From a virus: a stretch of DNA of 64,000 nucleotides. The DNA is taken from positions 32,001 to 96,000 of the IMG/VR virus record IMGVR_UViG_3300022555_000024; one strand, given 5' to 3'. The translations under genes were made by a program, and so were the position numbers. Below, one piece after another: positions 62,344-64,000 of this stretch; positions within the stretch are counted from its first letter, which is position 1; each line of letters starts with the position of its first letter. Below the pieces are notes generated by a model that made no database searches, was not told the DNA's origin, and saw only the letters and a list, made by a program, of their open reading frames with translations.

Positions 62344-63951
62344 ATGAAAATAAGACCATTACACCTGATAGACGGGTACAAAGTTGGTCACCGTGATCAA
62401 TACCCAGATGGAACAAACTATGTTTACTCAAATTTGACTTTCAGAAAAAGCCGTGTGAAAGATGTTAACTATGTTGTGGCATTTGGATTCCAATACCTCA
62501 AGAAAGAGTATTTAATAGATCTTTGGAACAAAGAATTCTTCTTTCAACCAAAAGCAAAGGTTGTATCAGAATACAAGCGTATACTTGCAAATTATCTTGG
62601 AAATCCTAATATTCGAGTAGATCATGTAGAAGCATTACATGACCTAGGTTATTTGCCAATAAAGATTAAAGCTATCAAGGAAGGAACTCTAGTACCAATT
62701 GGTGTTCCATTGTTTACTATTGTTAACACTCATCCAGATTTTTTCTGGTTAACTAACTACCTTGAGACTCTCCTGAGTAATATTCTCTGGAAGCCGATTA
62801 CTTCCGCCACGACTGCATTCGAATACAGGAAGAGATTTGAGCAGTATGTGTCTCTTACCGGCTATGCAAAAGAGTTTGTTATTTGGCAGGGACATGATTT
62901 TAGCTTTCGGGGTATGTCAGGCATTGAAGATGCTGTAATGAGTGGTGCAGGACATTTATTGTCGTTCTCAGGAACAGATACCATCCCGGCCATCGACTTC
63001 ATAGAAGATTATTATGGCGCTAATTCTGATGAAGAGCTTATAGGTGGTTCAGTCAACGCAACAGAGCATTCTGTGATGTGTTTGGGTATGAAAGATGGTG
63101 AGATAGGAACAATTAAGCGTTTGATTGATATTGTTTATCCTTCTGGAATTGTTTCTATTGTTTCTGATACATGGGATTTATGGAAAGTTTTGACTGAATA
63201 TTTGCCTACTCTTAAAAACGACATTCTTGCACGCGACGGTCGTGTTGTTGTTCGTCCAGACTCTGGTGATCCTACAGAGATAATATGTGGTGTAAACATA
63301 AAGCATTTTGATAATATGAGCGGCGCAGAATTCTTTTTTTCCAATAACATGAATGGATGTCGTTTATTCTCTATTAATGGAGTTAATGGAGTTTATGAGG
63401 TTCAGTCTCATACAGGAACCGATTTTGTTGTTAAGGAAGTTGAATTGTCACCAGCAGAGAAGGGTGCATATCAGCTTCTCTGGGAAACTTTTAGTGGAAC
63501 AATCAATGATAAAGGTTACAAAGAGTTGAATGGTAAGGTTGGTTTGATCTACGGAGATTCCATCACTTTGGATAGACAGAAGATGATTCTTGAAAAGTTA
63601 GAAGCAAAAGGATTCTCTGCGAGTAACTTAGTTCTTGGAATTGGTAGCTTCACGTACGAATATGTTACCAGAGACACTTTTGGAGGCGCTATGAAGGCTA
63701 CATGGGGTGTTGTCAATGGAGAAGAAAGGGAAATTTTCAAAGACCCCATCACAGATTCAGGTTTCAAGAAGTCGGCTAAAGGTCTTCTGAAGGTTTACAA
63801 AGATGAATTTGGTACATTGAAATTTAAGGATCAGTGTACTAAAGAAGAAGAAAATGAAGGAGAGTTACAAGTTATTTTTGAGGATAGTGTTTTATATAAT
63901 GACACAACTTTTAAAGAAGTCAGAGAAACACTTTTAGGAAACTTAAAATAA
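62344..63951 (+). CDS. nicotinamide phosphoribosyltransferase-like protein (probable Namat of NARP1)
   Basis: DGYKVGH, HDFSFRG, ATEHSVM, VSDTWD, RPDSGDP, YGDSIT and KDPITD..KKSAKG. Confidence 0.92.
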   Translation: MKIRPLHLIDGYKVGHRDQYPDGTNYVYSNLTFRKSRVKDVNYVVAFGFQYLKKEYLIDLWNKEFFFQPKAKVVSEYKRILANYLGNPNIRVDHVEALHDLGYLPIKIKAIKEGTLVPIGVPLFTIVNTHPDFFWLTNYLETLLSNILWKPITSATTAFEYRKRFEQYVSLTGYAKEFVIWQGHDFSFRGMSGIEDAVMSGAGHLLSFSGTDTIPAIDFIEDYYGANSDEELIGGSVNATEHSVMCLGMKDGEIGTIKRLIDIVYPSGIVSIVSDTWDLWKVLTEYLPTLKNDILARDGRVVVRPDSGDPTEIICGVNIKHFDNMSGAEFFFSNNMNGCRLFSINGVNGVYEVQSHTGTDFVVKEVELSPAEKGAYQLLWETFSGTINDKGYKELNGKVGLIYGDSITLDRQKMILEKLEAKGFSASNLVLGIGSFTYEYVTRDTFGGAMKATWGVVNGEEREIFKDPITDSGFKKSAKGLLKVYKDEFGTLKFKDQCTKEEENEGELQVIFEDSVLYNDTTFKEVRETLLGNLK

Positions 63952-64000
63952 TTTGAGGTAGCAGCAAAGAACAAAAACTAAAACGTAGTAACTATAATCA

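Noticed and set aside
1-64000. Alternative genetic code (stop recoding)
   Set aside because: Conserved genes are full length in code 11 and end with TAA, TGA or TAG. Breaks are frameshifts, not in-frame stops.

Overview
AT-rich segment of a large T4-like (myovirus) phage genome, almost all on the + strand. Core T4-type replication genes are present: gp46 (5'-truncated), gp45, gp44, gp62, regA, split gp43A/gp43B, uvsX, gp41 and gp61, with TATAAATA late promoters. Accessory content includes RNA repair enzymes (two RNA ligases, one fused to HNH; Thg1-like; PNK), thyX, hsp20 with a ROSE-like leader, a CobS/CobT-like pair, pstS and a Prs-like/Nampt-like pair (NARP1-type). The most notable elements are four. 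(1) A canonical tmRNA followed 6 nt later by a 145-nt 'mini-tmRNA'-like RNA with its own G3:U70 alanine acceptor stem. (2) A tRNA-like RNA lacking the anticodon arm. (3) A tandem array of genes carrying T4-type capsid-targeting sequences, three of which encode 30-50 W-x-x-G-x pentapeptide repeats built from shuffled DNA blocks. (4) A cytosine hypermodification operon (dCMP hydroxymethylase plus Bgt-like glycosyltransferase) extended by a SAM methyltransferase, Nudix, a CofD/YvcK-HAD fusion and a nucleotidyltransferase. Several homopolymer frameshifts suggest sequencing indels. All calls come from motif recognition by eye; no searches were run.
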